From positions 1 to 14,270 of IMG/VR virus record IMGVR_UViG_2609459861_000003: a DNA stretch of 14,270 nucleotides; one strand, written 5' to 3'. The position numbers and the translations under genes are program-made. The stretch comes from a virus. Its lineage: Duplodnaviria; Heunggongvirae; Uroviricota; Caudoviricetes. Under the pieces are notes generated by a model, which saw only the letters and a list, made by a program, of their open reading frames with translations, made no database searches and was not told the DNA's origin. Shown one piece after another: positions 7,739 through 14,270 of the stretch. How positions within the stretch are numbered: position 1 is the stretch's first letter; each line of letters opens with the position of its first letter.

Positions 7739-8667
7739 ATGATAAATCAATGTTTAAAAATTGCGATAAACGCATTGATTTCATTCAAAAAGAAGTCGAT
7801 GCAATGAAGCAAAACAAAACCAGGTCCTTTGCTGACATGCTTCTTTATCGCTCCATGGATTCTCATCTGAGCGATTTGAAGGCCGAAAAATTAAAGCAAG
7901 ATAGTCGGCACCCACTTATCGATTTTTTTGAGCTGCGGCTGAAAGGCTCTGAGGTTGACTTTGGCTCTATTCCTTTAGAGCTGCTTGGGGCTATTTCAAC
8001 AAATCTTGCAGCGCTAATACAAAGAGCAACACACAAAATTGCCTCAGGCAAGGACTCAAAAAAAGTTCCCTACGACGTGAAAAGCTCCTTAAACCTCAGG
8101 CTGGCTGATTTATCCCCTGGGTCTACAAAATTGGGCGTCACCTTCTCTACAGGAATAGCAGAATTAGTAGAAACAGTACCCAGCAAGGCTGTAAAAGGCA
8201 TATTCGATTTGTTGTTAAGCGATGACGACAACAACTTCATGAATCACGTCGCTGAAATTGGATACAATTCCACTGTAAGCCTTAAGAGAATCGTAGAGGA
8301 ATGCGATAAACACAACTTAACATTTGATGCAAGTTGGACCGGTCCATTTAGTAATGGCACCAAGGTGGCAACTATTGACTCCAATAAAATTAAGTACTTG
8401 GTGAGTAGACTTACATCAACCATTTCATCCCCTCCCATTACTGAAACGGTTACAGGCGAACTGGTCGTTCTATCCAAATATGGGAAGCTGGAGCTTGATG
8501 TTGGTGGTGAACATTTAAAGGCTTCCTATCCGATTGAAATGCTAGATTTAATACAAAAAAAACACAAGGTCGGACAGATTGTTTCTCTTTTAGTGGAGAC
8601 TACTGAGATTCACAATGATCGCATAGGTCTGTACCGTAAAAACCATCTTGTTAAATCGGTTCTTTAA
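7735..8667 (+). CDS. Hypothetical 310-aa protein, second gene of rex-position cassette
   Basis: Translationally coupled to the NTase gene; AT-rich by eye; no transmembrane segment or known catalytic motif recognised. Confidence 0.6.
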   Translation: MNDKSMFKNCDKRIDFIQKEVDAMKQNKTRSFADMLLYRSMDSHLSDLKAEKLKQDSRHPLIDFFELRLKGSEVDFGSIPLELLGAISTNLAALIQRATHKIASGKDSKKVPYDVKSSLNLRLADLSPGSTKLGVTFSTGIAELVETVPSKAVKGIFDLLLSDDDNNFMNHVAEIGYNSTVSLKRIVEECDKHNLTFDASWTGPFSNGTKVATIDSNKIKYLVSRLTSTISSPPITETVTGELVVLSKYGKLELDVGGEHLKASYPIEMLDLIQKKHKVGQIVSLLVETTEIHNDRIGLYRKNHLVKSVL

Positions 8668-8674
8668 TATCTCA

Positions 8675-8700
8675 CCCGGCCACCGCGCCGGGTTTTCTTT
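8675..8700 (+). terminator. Intrinsic terminator closing the cI/cassette operon (tIMM-like)
   Basis: CCCGGC-caccgc-GCCGGG hairpin followed by TTTTCTTT. Confidence 0.7.
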
Positions 8701-8846
8701 GCCTCACGTTCGCCCCAAAACACATAACCAATTGTATTTATTTGAAAATTAATAGATACAACTCACTAAACATAGCAATTCAGATCTCTCACCTACCAAA
8801 CAATGCCCCCCTGCAAAAAATAAATTCATATAAAAAACATACAGAT

Positions 8847-8909
8847 AACCATCTGCGGTGATGAATTATCTCTAGCGGTGTTGACATAAATACCACTGGC
8901 GGTGATACT
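8847..8909 (+). promoter_or_regulatory. OL3-OL2-OL1 operators and PL promoter
   Basis: OL3 AACCATCTGCGGTGATG (8847-8863), OL2 TATCTCTAGCGGTGTTG (8867-8883), OL1 TACCACTGGCGGTGATA (8891-8907). PL -35 TTGACA at 8881-8886 and -10 GATACT at 8904-8909; near-identical to lambda PL as recalled. Confidence 0.85.
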
Positions 8910-8977
8910 AAACACATCAGCAGGACGCACTACTCACCAGGGCGGTGAATATACAACGATTCAAACATGAATCTACG

Positions 8978-8992
8978 GCGCTGACAAAGCGC
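8978..8992 (+). promoter_or_regulatory. nutL boxB hairpin, P22 type
   Basis: GCGCTGACAAAGCGC: 5-bp stem with GACAA loop, matching the P22 boxB RNA as recalled, about 65 nt downstream of the PL start. Confidence 0.6.
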
Positions 8993-9059
8993 AATAACTG
9001 GTCAGACGAAGAATTCATTCGTCATATGAAAGAATTAATCGGTAACGAAGGAGATATTC

Positions 9060-9230
9060 ATGTCACTTGCAACCACAGTGAAGGAGAGCAAGTTACAGAG
9101 ACGCATGTACACGCAGCAGGCGTTAATGTATCGCCAGAAGGGAGATCGTGAAGGTGTTCGCGTATTTTTAAATGCGGCAAAGACTGAAGTATTAAATCAG
9201 CGTTATTTCCTTGGGCCATGTCCATTCTGA
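9060..9230 (+). CDS. Hypothetical 56-aa protein immediately upstream of erf (position of P22 arf)
   Basis: Not in the ORF track (<60 aa). Strong RBS GGAGAT with 6-nt spacer before ATG at 9060; ends 11 nt before the erf ATG. Sequence not arginine-rich, so not an N-like antiterminator. Confidence 0.45.
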   Translation: MSLATTVKESKLQRRMYTQQALMYRQKGDREGVRVFLNAAKTEVLNQRYFLGPCPF

Positions 9231-9240
9231 GAACAATCAT

Positions 9241-9846
9241 ATGAGCAAAGAATTTTACGCAAGACTGGCAGCTATTCAGGAGAATCTGAACGCGCCAAAG
9301 AATCAGTACAACTCATTCGGAAAATATAAATACAGAAGCTGCGAAGACATTCTTGAAGGCGTTAAGCCGTTACTGAATGGCCTGTTTTTATCAATCAGCG
9401 ATGAAGTTGTGTTGATTGGTGATCGGTATTACGTGAAAGCCACGGCAACTATTACCGATGGCGAAAACAGTCATACGGCAACCGCTCTTGCACGAGAGGA
9501 AGAAAGCAAGAAAGGGATGGATTCTGCACAAGTTACGGGAGCTACAAGCTCTTATGCACGCAAGTATTGCCTCAATGGTTTGTTCGGCATTGATGATGCG
9601 AAAGATGCAGATACAGACGAGCATAAACATCAGCAGAACGCAGTAGCAAAGCAATCAAAACCATCACCTACACCTGAACAGGTTCTAAAAGCATTCACTG
9701 ACGCAGCAATGCAGAAAAACACCGTGGAAGAGCTTAAACAGGCGTTCGCCAAAGCGTGGAAGATGCTCGAAGGCACACCGGAGCAGCACAAAGCGCAGGA
9801 CGTTTACAACATCAGACGAGACGAATTAGAAGGAGCGGCTGCTTAA
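9241..9846 (+). CDS. erf: ERF-family single-strand annealing protein
   Basis: 201 aa from ATG 9241 (track gives upstream TTG at 9211); ERF-like core GKYKYRSCEDILEGVKPLL...DRYYVKATATITDGENSHTATA; location in the PL operon. Confidence 0.75.
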   Translation: MSKEFYARLAAIQENLNAPKNQYNSFGKYKYRSCEDILEGVKPLLNGLFLSISDEVVLIGDRYYVKATATITDGENSHTATALAREEESKKGMDSAQVTGATSSYARKYCLNGLFGIDDAKDADTDEHKHQQNAVAKQSKPSPTPEQVLKAFTDAAMQKNTVEELKQAFAKAWKMLEGTPEQHKAQDVYNIRRDELEGAAA

Positions 9847-10229
9847 TGGCACATTCGATTACTGTAAGACTAAACAAGCCCGCAAGAGAGTTTCAGGCCG
9901 GGGAAAATATCGGATTCAACATCCGTGCTGGCGTTCAGTATTACGATCGCCAGACAAAAAAGAAAGAATGGACAAACTACAGCGCCGTTGTATTTGCCAA
10001 GCCGGGGGCGCAAGCGGATTACTACCGTAGTGTTCTTGTTGAAGGTGGCATTGTAGAAATTACCGGAGAAAACATCAGGGTTGATGTTTATCAGGGGCAA
10101 AATGGTCAATCAATCACTCTTGAATTACTGAATGCGAAGATTGGATTTGCAGCTTCAGGAAACAGCCAACAGCAGCAAAGTAGCAATCATCAAAATCATC
10201 CTGAATACGACGATTCAATTCCATTCTAG
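9846..10229 (+). CDS. ssb: Single-stranded DNA-binding protein
   Basis: 128 aa from ATG 9846 overlapping the erf stop (TAATG). OB-fold-like core and Gln-rich linker ending in the acidic tail DDSIPF, typical of SSB C-termini. Confidence 0.8.
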   Translation: MAHSITVRLNKPAREFQAGENIGFNIRAGVQYYDRQTKKKEWTNYSAVVFAKPGAQADYYRSVLVEGGIVEITGENIRVDVYQGQNGQSITLELLNAKIGFAASGNSQQQQSSNHQNHPEYDDSIPF

Positions 10230-10252
10230 ATTAGCAAAATAAGGATTCCATT

Positions 10253-10549
10253 ATGCCAGCGCCTCTGTATGGTGCGGATGACCAGCGCCGCTGTTCCGGA
10301 AATTCCGTATCGGAGGTGCTGGATAAATTCAGAAAAAACTACGACCTGATAATGTCGCTACCGCAGGAAACGAAAGAGGAAAAGGAATTTCGCCACTGTA
10401 TATGGCTTGCAGAGAAAGAAGAACGAGAGCGAATTTACCAGACATCAATCCGACCATTCCGCAAAGCCACATATACCCACTTCCCTGAATATATCGACCC
10501 GCGCCTGCGTAATTACCGCTCACGCTATGGCGCTATCAGTAATGACTGA
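10253..10549 (+). CDS. Hypothetical 98-aa protein (position analogous to anti-RecBCD abc genes of P22; unverified)
   Basis: AAGGA RBS with 7-nt spacer before ATG 10253; family not recognised. Confidence 0.5.
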   Translation: MPAPLYGADDQRRCSGNSVSEVLDKFRKNYDLIMSLPQETKEEKEFRHCIWLAEKEERERIYQTSIRPFRKATYTHFPEYIDPRLRNYRSRYGAISND

Positions 10550-10559
10550 GGAATTAACA

Positions 10560-10850
10560 ATGAAAACAATGAAGCTAAACATCGACCTCGGAAAATACGT
10601 TATTACCGGAACCAAACACGATCTGATTCTTAGCGAAAGAGGAATTATCAAAGAAGGCGAGAATGCAGGGAAAGAAACACTAAGCCGTATCGGTTATTAC
10701 AGCAAGTTTGAGCATCTGGTTAAAGAATTATGCAACCGTGAAATCCTGTTATCTCAGGCGCAGACGCTACAGGATATTCAGCAGCATATCGAGACTTTAG
10801 GTGTGTCACTTAGCATGGCTATTGACCAGTTCGTGGAGAGTAAATCATGA
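10560..10850 (+). CDS. Hypothetical 96-aa protein
   Basis: GAGGAA RBS with 6-nt spacer before ATG 10560 (in-frame alternative ATG at 10542); family not recognised. Confidence 0.5.
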   Translation: MKTMKLNIDLGKYVITGTKHDLILSERGIIKEGENAGKETLSRIGYYSKFEHLVKELCNREILLSQAQTLQDIQQHIETLGVSLSMAIDQFVESKS

Positions 10851-11011
10851 GAGGACTTGCATACAATCCCGGCATTCTTCCGGCAGAAATGATTATTCGC
10901 CAACGCGTAAAGCCAATGCCATCGAGAGAGGAATTGCTTAAGAGAAATTCTTTTCCATCAGTGAATCAAAACAAATATCTGAATGCAATGTGGCGGAGTG
11001 GGAAGAAATGA
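10847..11011 (+). CDS. Hypothetical 54-aa protein (not in ORF track)
   Basis: ATG overlaps the upstream stop (ATGA) and its own stop overlaps the HNH gene ATG (ATGA): coupled on both sides. Confidence 0.35.
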   Translation: MRGLAYNPGILPAEMIIRQRVKPMPSREELLKRNSFPSVNQNKYLNAMWRSGKK

Positions 11012-11709
11012 AACAAATGTCACTAATTGAGATGGATGGTTTTCTGAAAGGTAAATGCATCCCAAGTGATTTAAAGGTTAACGAAACAAACGCTGAATAT
11101 CTGGTGCGTAAATTTGCTGAAGCGGAGGCCAAGTGCGCGGCGCTGACTGACTTATTTGGCGATGTGAAAGAGATTTTTGGTTTTAAGTATCGCTATTTCA
11201 TCACCTCAAAGGGGCTCATTTTCTCATTGGCCTCTGGAGAACTAAAGCAATTAAACCCAACCATGCGCGGTAAGAACAGAAATCAGTATTTATTCGTTAG
11301 GCTGGAGTTTGAAGGAAAACTAAAAGGCGTGAACATCCACCGATTAGTTGCTGAAAACTTTCTCGGCCCTAAGCCTTCTGATGAGCACGTAATTAACCAT
11401 ATAGACGGGAATAAACAAAACAATGATGTTTCAAACCTGGAGTGGACGACGGTAGCGGGCAACACTCAGCACGCATATAGAACAGGTCTGGCCGGGGGAA
11501 GAAAACACGGATCGTATAAAGGTCCAGTCTGCGCTGAGAACGAGGAAGGTTTTGGGTATGTGTTCTTTGACAGCAAACAGGCCATCGAGGCTGGATTTAA
11601 CCCAAACTCAATCAGGGACGCTGTTGTTAAGCCATGGAAGAAAGTATTCGGATTCTATTTTAGTCGCATCAATACCGATGCCCAGCTTCGCAAAGGAGGC
11701 AACCAGTGA
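11008..11709 (+). CDS. HNH endonuclease (homing-endonuclease-like)
   Basis: 233 aa from ATG 11008; HNH motif region [31 protein letters not shown]. Confidence 0.75.
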   Translation: MKQMSLIEMDGFLKGKCIPSDLKVNETNAEYLVRKFAEAEAKCAALTDLFGDVKEIFGFKYRYFITSKGLIFSLASGELKQLNPTMRGKNRNQYLFVRLEFEGKLKGVNIHRLVAENFLGPKPSDEHVINHIDGNKQNNDVSNLEWTTVAGNTQHAYRTGLAGGRKHGSYKGPVCAENEEGFGYVFFDSKQAIEAGFNPNSIRDAVVKPWKKVFGFYFSRINTDAQLRKGGNQ

Positions 11710-12296
11710 GCAAGATTGATTATCAAAAGCTTCGTGAAATCGCTGAAAAAACAAAAATTGCCGGTGAAGCACCTGTAATGCCTTTCGATCAGCGAATTAA
11801 TGCGCTTAACGATTTTATGAAGCACTTTTCGCCAGATATCGCGCTGGCATTGTTGGATGAACGGGAAAGGAACCAGCAATACATAAAACGCCGCGACCAG
11901 GAGAACGAGGATATTGCACTAACGGTATGGAGGCTGCTAATCGAAAACGGCCAGCTTGTTGCCGATACGCTACGCCACTTAGCTGATAACGAAATCGACT
12001 CTGATTATTTTGCTATCACCTCAACGAATGAGAACGGTACTGAAATTGATCATGAGATGGCTATTACCGATTACGCACTGCAAGCTGCCGGAACTGTAGA
12101 CGAATTGGTTGCGGCGCTGGAATCCGCAGAGAATCGCATAGCAGAACTGGAGGAGCGGGAAATACTGCTCCCGGAACGTAGCAGCATGCTTCATCGAACA
12201 GATTTTCACGAGGATTACCAAACGGTAATGGCATACAAAGTTTCTGAAGTCATCGCTGCAATCCGCTCCGCTGGCATTCGCATCAAAGGAGAGTGA
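11706..12296 (+). CDS. Hypothetical 196-aa protein with coiled-coil segment (possibly Ead/Ea22-like)
   Basis: GTG start at 11706 overlapping the HNH stop, preceded by AGGAGG with 6-nt spacer; acidic coiled-coil segment ESAENRIAELEEREILL. Confidence 0.5.
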   Translation: MSKIDYQKLREIAEKTKIAGEAPVMPFDQRINALNDFMKHFSPDIALALLDERERNQQYIKRRDQENEDIALTVWRLLIENGQLVADTLRHLADNEIDSDYFAITSTNENGTEIDHEMAITDYALQAAGTVDELVAALESAENRIAELEEREILLPERSSMLHRTDFHEDYQTVMAYKVSEVIAAIRSAGIRIKGE

Positions 12297-12297
12297 G

Positions 12298-12489
12298 ATG
12301 GACGGACAAATATCAATCGTTCGACCAGGAGCATGTGACGATCGCGAAATACGAATAATTATTCGTCTGGCAATGGGGAAAGCAATAACTGCTCTCATTA
12401 CCCCAGAAAATCTCGCATTAGCATTAACAGGAAAGTCAGCCCTGCCAGTAGAGCTAAAGCTGCGAAATGTTGAGATTAAGGTGAAATAG
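12298..12489 (+). CDS. Hypothetical 63-aa protein
   Basis: AGGAGAG RBS before ATG 12298; 1-nt gap from the upstream stop. Confidence 0.45.
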   Translation: MDGQISIVRPGACDDREIRIIIRLAMGKAITALITPENLALALTGKSALPVELKLRNVEIKVK

Positions 12490-12491
12490 CT

Positions 12492-13163
12492 ATGACCACT
12501 ATTACCAAAGAACGTATCGAATTATTCATTAAAAATCCGCTTGAAAACGGGCTTACTCGTGGCGAACAAATGGAACTGGCACGAATTGCACTGACATCAC
12601 TGGAACGCGAACAGATTCGCCACGAGCATGCCAAATGGTCGGACTCCACATTTGGCTGCGTTGGCCCCATTGGTCCACTGAAACACCTCTCAAAAGAGGC
12701 ACTGGAAGCCGCAGCCGAACCAGACGATCTTAGCGAGTGGGCTGATATGCAGTTTCTGTTGTGGGATTCACAGCGCCGTGCTGGCATCAGCGATGCTGAA
12801 ATTACCGCTGCTATGGAAGATAAATTGAAGATCAACATGGAGCGCCAGTGGCCTGAGCCAAAAGATGGTGAGCCTCGCTTGCACATTAAAGAACCCGGCA
12901 ACTCTCCGGTAATTCCGGATGGTTGGGTCATGGTGCCGAAGAGACTAACAGCCGAGAACGGCGCTAAGGGTGTGCTATCCGGTGAATTTTCAGAAACTAC
13001 GTTTATAAGCTGCCCGGAATGCTTTGGTGATGATGATTGCGAAACTTGTGACTGTAGCGGGAGAATCGAAATCAAGGTTCCAGTCAGTTGGACAACTATC
13101 AAAACTATTTGGGCTAAAGGGTGTGAGCACTTTTCAATAGTAGCACCGCAGCAAGATGGGTGA
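12492..13163 (+). CDS. Putative MazG-like nucleotide pyrophosphohydrolase domain protein (DUF550-like) with Cys-rich C-terminal region
   Basis: 223 aa; acidic helix pattern LSKEALEAAAEPDDLSEWADMQFLL reminiscent of MazG-type dNTP pyrophosphohydrolases common in prophage early regions; C-terminal CPECFGDDDCETCDC. Assignment from memory only. Confidence 0.45.
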   Translation: MTTITKERIELFIKNPLENGLTRGEQMELARIALTSLEREQIRHEHAKWSDSTFGCVGPIGPLKHLSKEALEAAAEPDDLSEWADMQFLLWDSQRRAGISDAEITAAMEDKLKINMERQWPEPKDGEPRLHIKEPGNSPVIPDGWVMVPKRLTAENGAKGVLSGEFSETTFISCPECFGDDDCETCDCSGRIEIKVPVSWTTIKTIWAKGCEHFSIVAPQQDG

Positions 13164-13229
13164 TGAAAACAAGTATTTATAACTTAAAAGCATTAAAAAA
13201 TCGCTTATAGACCAAAAGAAATCTACGTC

Positions 13230-13259
13230 AAATATTACTATATTTCAATGTGTTATAAT
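13230..13259 (+). promoter_or_regulatory. Candidate promoter with extended -10 (TGtTATAAT) for the 80-aa gene
   Basis: TGTTATAAT at 13251-13259 in an AT-rich intergenic region following a 125-nt gap after the upstream operon. Confidence 0.35.
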
Positions 13260-13289
13260 TACCCCGTACATAAAATGGGGGGACACAAA

Positions 13290-13532
13290 ATGTTCAAACG
13301 CTGCATCACCAAGTGTGGAAGCACACCTGACATCCAAGCTTTTATTAATGAAGATGGTAAGCTTGTTGTTGAGAGGAGTGGTCCTTTTATTAGCAAACAA
13401 CTTATCATTACCTCTCCAGCGGAGATGGCCGGAGAATGGATAGTTTCTGAACCAGAGGAGTTGCACATCCCGCTTCCTTATGGCCCTCAGGGACTGATTT
13501 ATAACCGTTATGTTCAGAAGGAGGCGGGTTGA
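13290..13532 (+). CDS. Hypothetical 80-aa protein
   Basis: GGGGGGA RBS with 6-nt spacer before ATG 13290 (track start 13248 is less likely); preceded by candidate promoter. Confidence 0.45.
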   Translation: MFKRCITKCGSTPDIQAFINEDGKLVVERSGPFISKQLIITSPAEMAGEWIVSEPEELHIPLPYGPQGLIYNRYVQKEAG

Positions 13533-13812
13533 CAATGTCAGGCATAACATCGCCGAGAAATCGAAAGAAAAACAGAACAAGGTAAACGTTGACCTTGCAG
13601 CATCAGGCATGGAGTACAGAGAGCGCCTTAACATACCTGTTATCACTGAGCAGGTATCATGAGAGCAACCTGAGCACTCACGCGAGTATTTCATGGAGCG
13701 CATCAGATACTATCGCGAGCAGTCGTTAAACATGCCCAAGGGAAGCAACCCATGGTATATCGATATGGATGAACAGAACGCCAAGAAGTAAACGCAATTT
13801 GAACGAATGCGA

Positions 13813-13839
13813 ACCCGCCGAGTGCGGGTTTTCTTTTAT
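13813..13839 (+). terminator. Intrinsic terminator
   Basis: ACCCGC-cgagt-GCGGGT hairpin followed by TTTCTTTTAT. Confidence 0.55.
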
Positions 13840-13880
13840 CTGAACTCGCTACGGCGAGTTTTGTTTTATGGAGATGATAA

Positions 13881-14048
13881 ATGCACTTCCGAGTTACAGG
13901 TGAATGGAATGGAGAACCATTCAACAGAGTTATCGAAGCAGAGAACATCAATGACTGCTATGACCACTGGATGCTGTGGGCGCAGATAGCACATGCAGAA
14001 GTAACCAATATTCGAATTGAAGAACTGAAAGAACACCAAACCGCCTGA
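13881..14048 (+). CDS. Hypothetical 55-aa protein upstream of xis (not in ORF track)
   Basis: GGAG RBS with 7-nt spacer before ATG 13881; encodes MHFRVTGEWNGEPFNRVIEAENINDCYDHWMLWAQIAHAEVTNIRIEELKEHQTA; stop lies inside a terminator hairpin. Confidence 0.45.
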   Translation: MHFRVTGEWNGEPFNRVIEAENINDCYDHWMLWAQIAHAEVTNIRIEELKEHQTA

Positions 14049-14064
14049 TGGCGGTTTCTTTTTG
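14039..14064 (+). terminator. Intrinsic terminator upstream of xis
   Basis: AACCGCC-tgat-GGCGGTT hairpin followed by TCTTTTTG. Confidence 0.6.
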
Positions 14065-14078
14065 CCTGGAGAATTAAG

Positions 14079-14270
14079 ATGACCGATACCAGCCTGATTC
14101 CTGAGAAAGAAGTGATGAACAAGCTCGGTGTTTCATCACGTCAGACAATCTGGAACTATACCAAACGGCATGGATTTCCGAAGCCAGTCAGAACCCACCC
14201 CAAATCATACCTTCGTGAAGCTGTTGAAGGGTGGATTCTTAACGGTGGCGTTAATCAGAAATGCTCCTGA
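14079..14270 (+). CDS. xis: Excisionase / AlpA-family helix-turn-helix DNA-binding protein
   Basis: 63 aa; GGAG RBS; HTH-like VMNKLGVSSRQTIWNYTKRHGFPKP; position at the end of the early-left operon where xis-int normally lie; stop at the window edge. Confidence 0.7.
   Translation: MTDTSLIPEKEVMNKLGVSSRQTIWNYTKRHGFPKPVRTHPKSYLREAVEGWILNGGVNQKCS

Noticed and set aside
7735-8667. HEPN-type Rx4-6H motif (RSMDSH near residue 40) or a membrane effector role for the 310-aa cassette protein
   Set aside because: The motif is at the wrong place for a HEPN domain and is a single weak match; no hydrophobic stretch long enough for a transmembrane helix. Left as unknown function.
8945-9151. 68-aa ORF as a candidate N antiterminator
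   Set aside because: It begins with GTG upstream of and runs through the boxB hairpin, has no arginine-rich motif and no convincing RBS; the overlapping 56-aa ORF at 9060 has a much better start signal.
12476-13703. Long minus-strand ORFs (208 aa and 152 aa), and a 125-aa minus ORF at 12021-12398
   Set aside because: Antisense to well-supported plus-strand genes, Ser/Cys/Arg-rich low-complexity translations, no RBS.

Overview
The window holds chromosomal dacD (minus strand) and the first 16 codons of the divergent sbcB gene, followed from about 1425 to the right edge by a degraded, mosaic lambdoid prophage inserted into the 5' end of sbcB. The integrase is expected just beyond the window, after xis. 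In window order the prophage carries: (1) attR-proximal cargo, namely a LexA-box-controlled two-gene operon ending in a UmuD'-like protein, plus an 83-aa ORF; (2) a tailspike beta-helix fragment abutting a truncated DnaB-type helicase, i.e. a deletion scar that removed the late genes; (3) an O-like initiator with an iteron origin, cII, PRE, oop and cro; (4) OR and a lambda-type cI; (5) a two-gene cassette (nucleotidyltransferase-fold protein + 310-aa unknown) sitting where lambda carries rexAB; (6) OL/PL and P22-type boxB nut hairpins with no N gene; (7) a tightly coupled early-left operon (Erf, SSB, HNH endonuclease, MazG-like protein, several small unknowns) and an excisionase. The best candidate for an undescribed system is the rex-position cassette; the second is the SOS-regulated UmuD'-like operon. 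Everything here comes from reading the sequence and from recalled protein and operator sequences; no database search, HMM scan or structure prediction was run, so family names are provisional.
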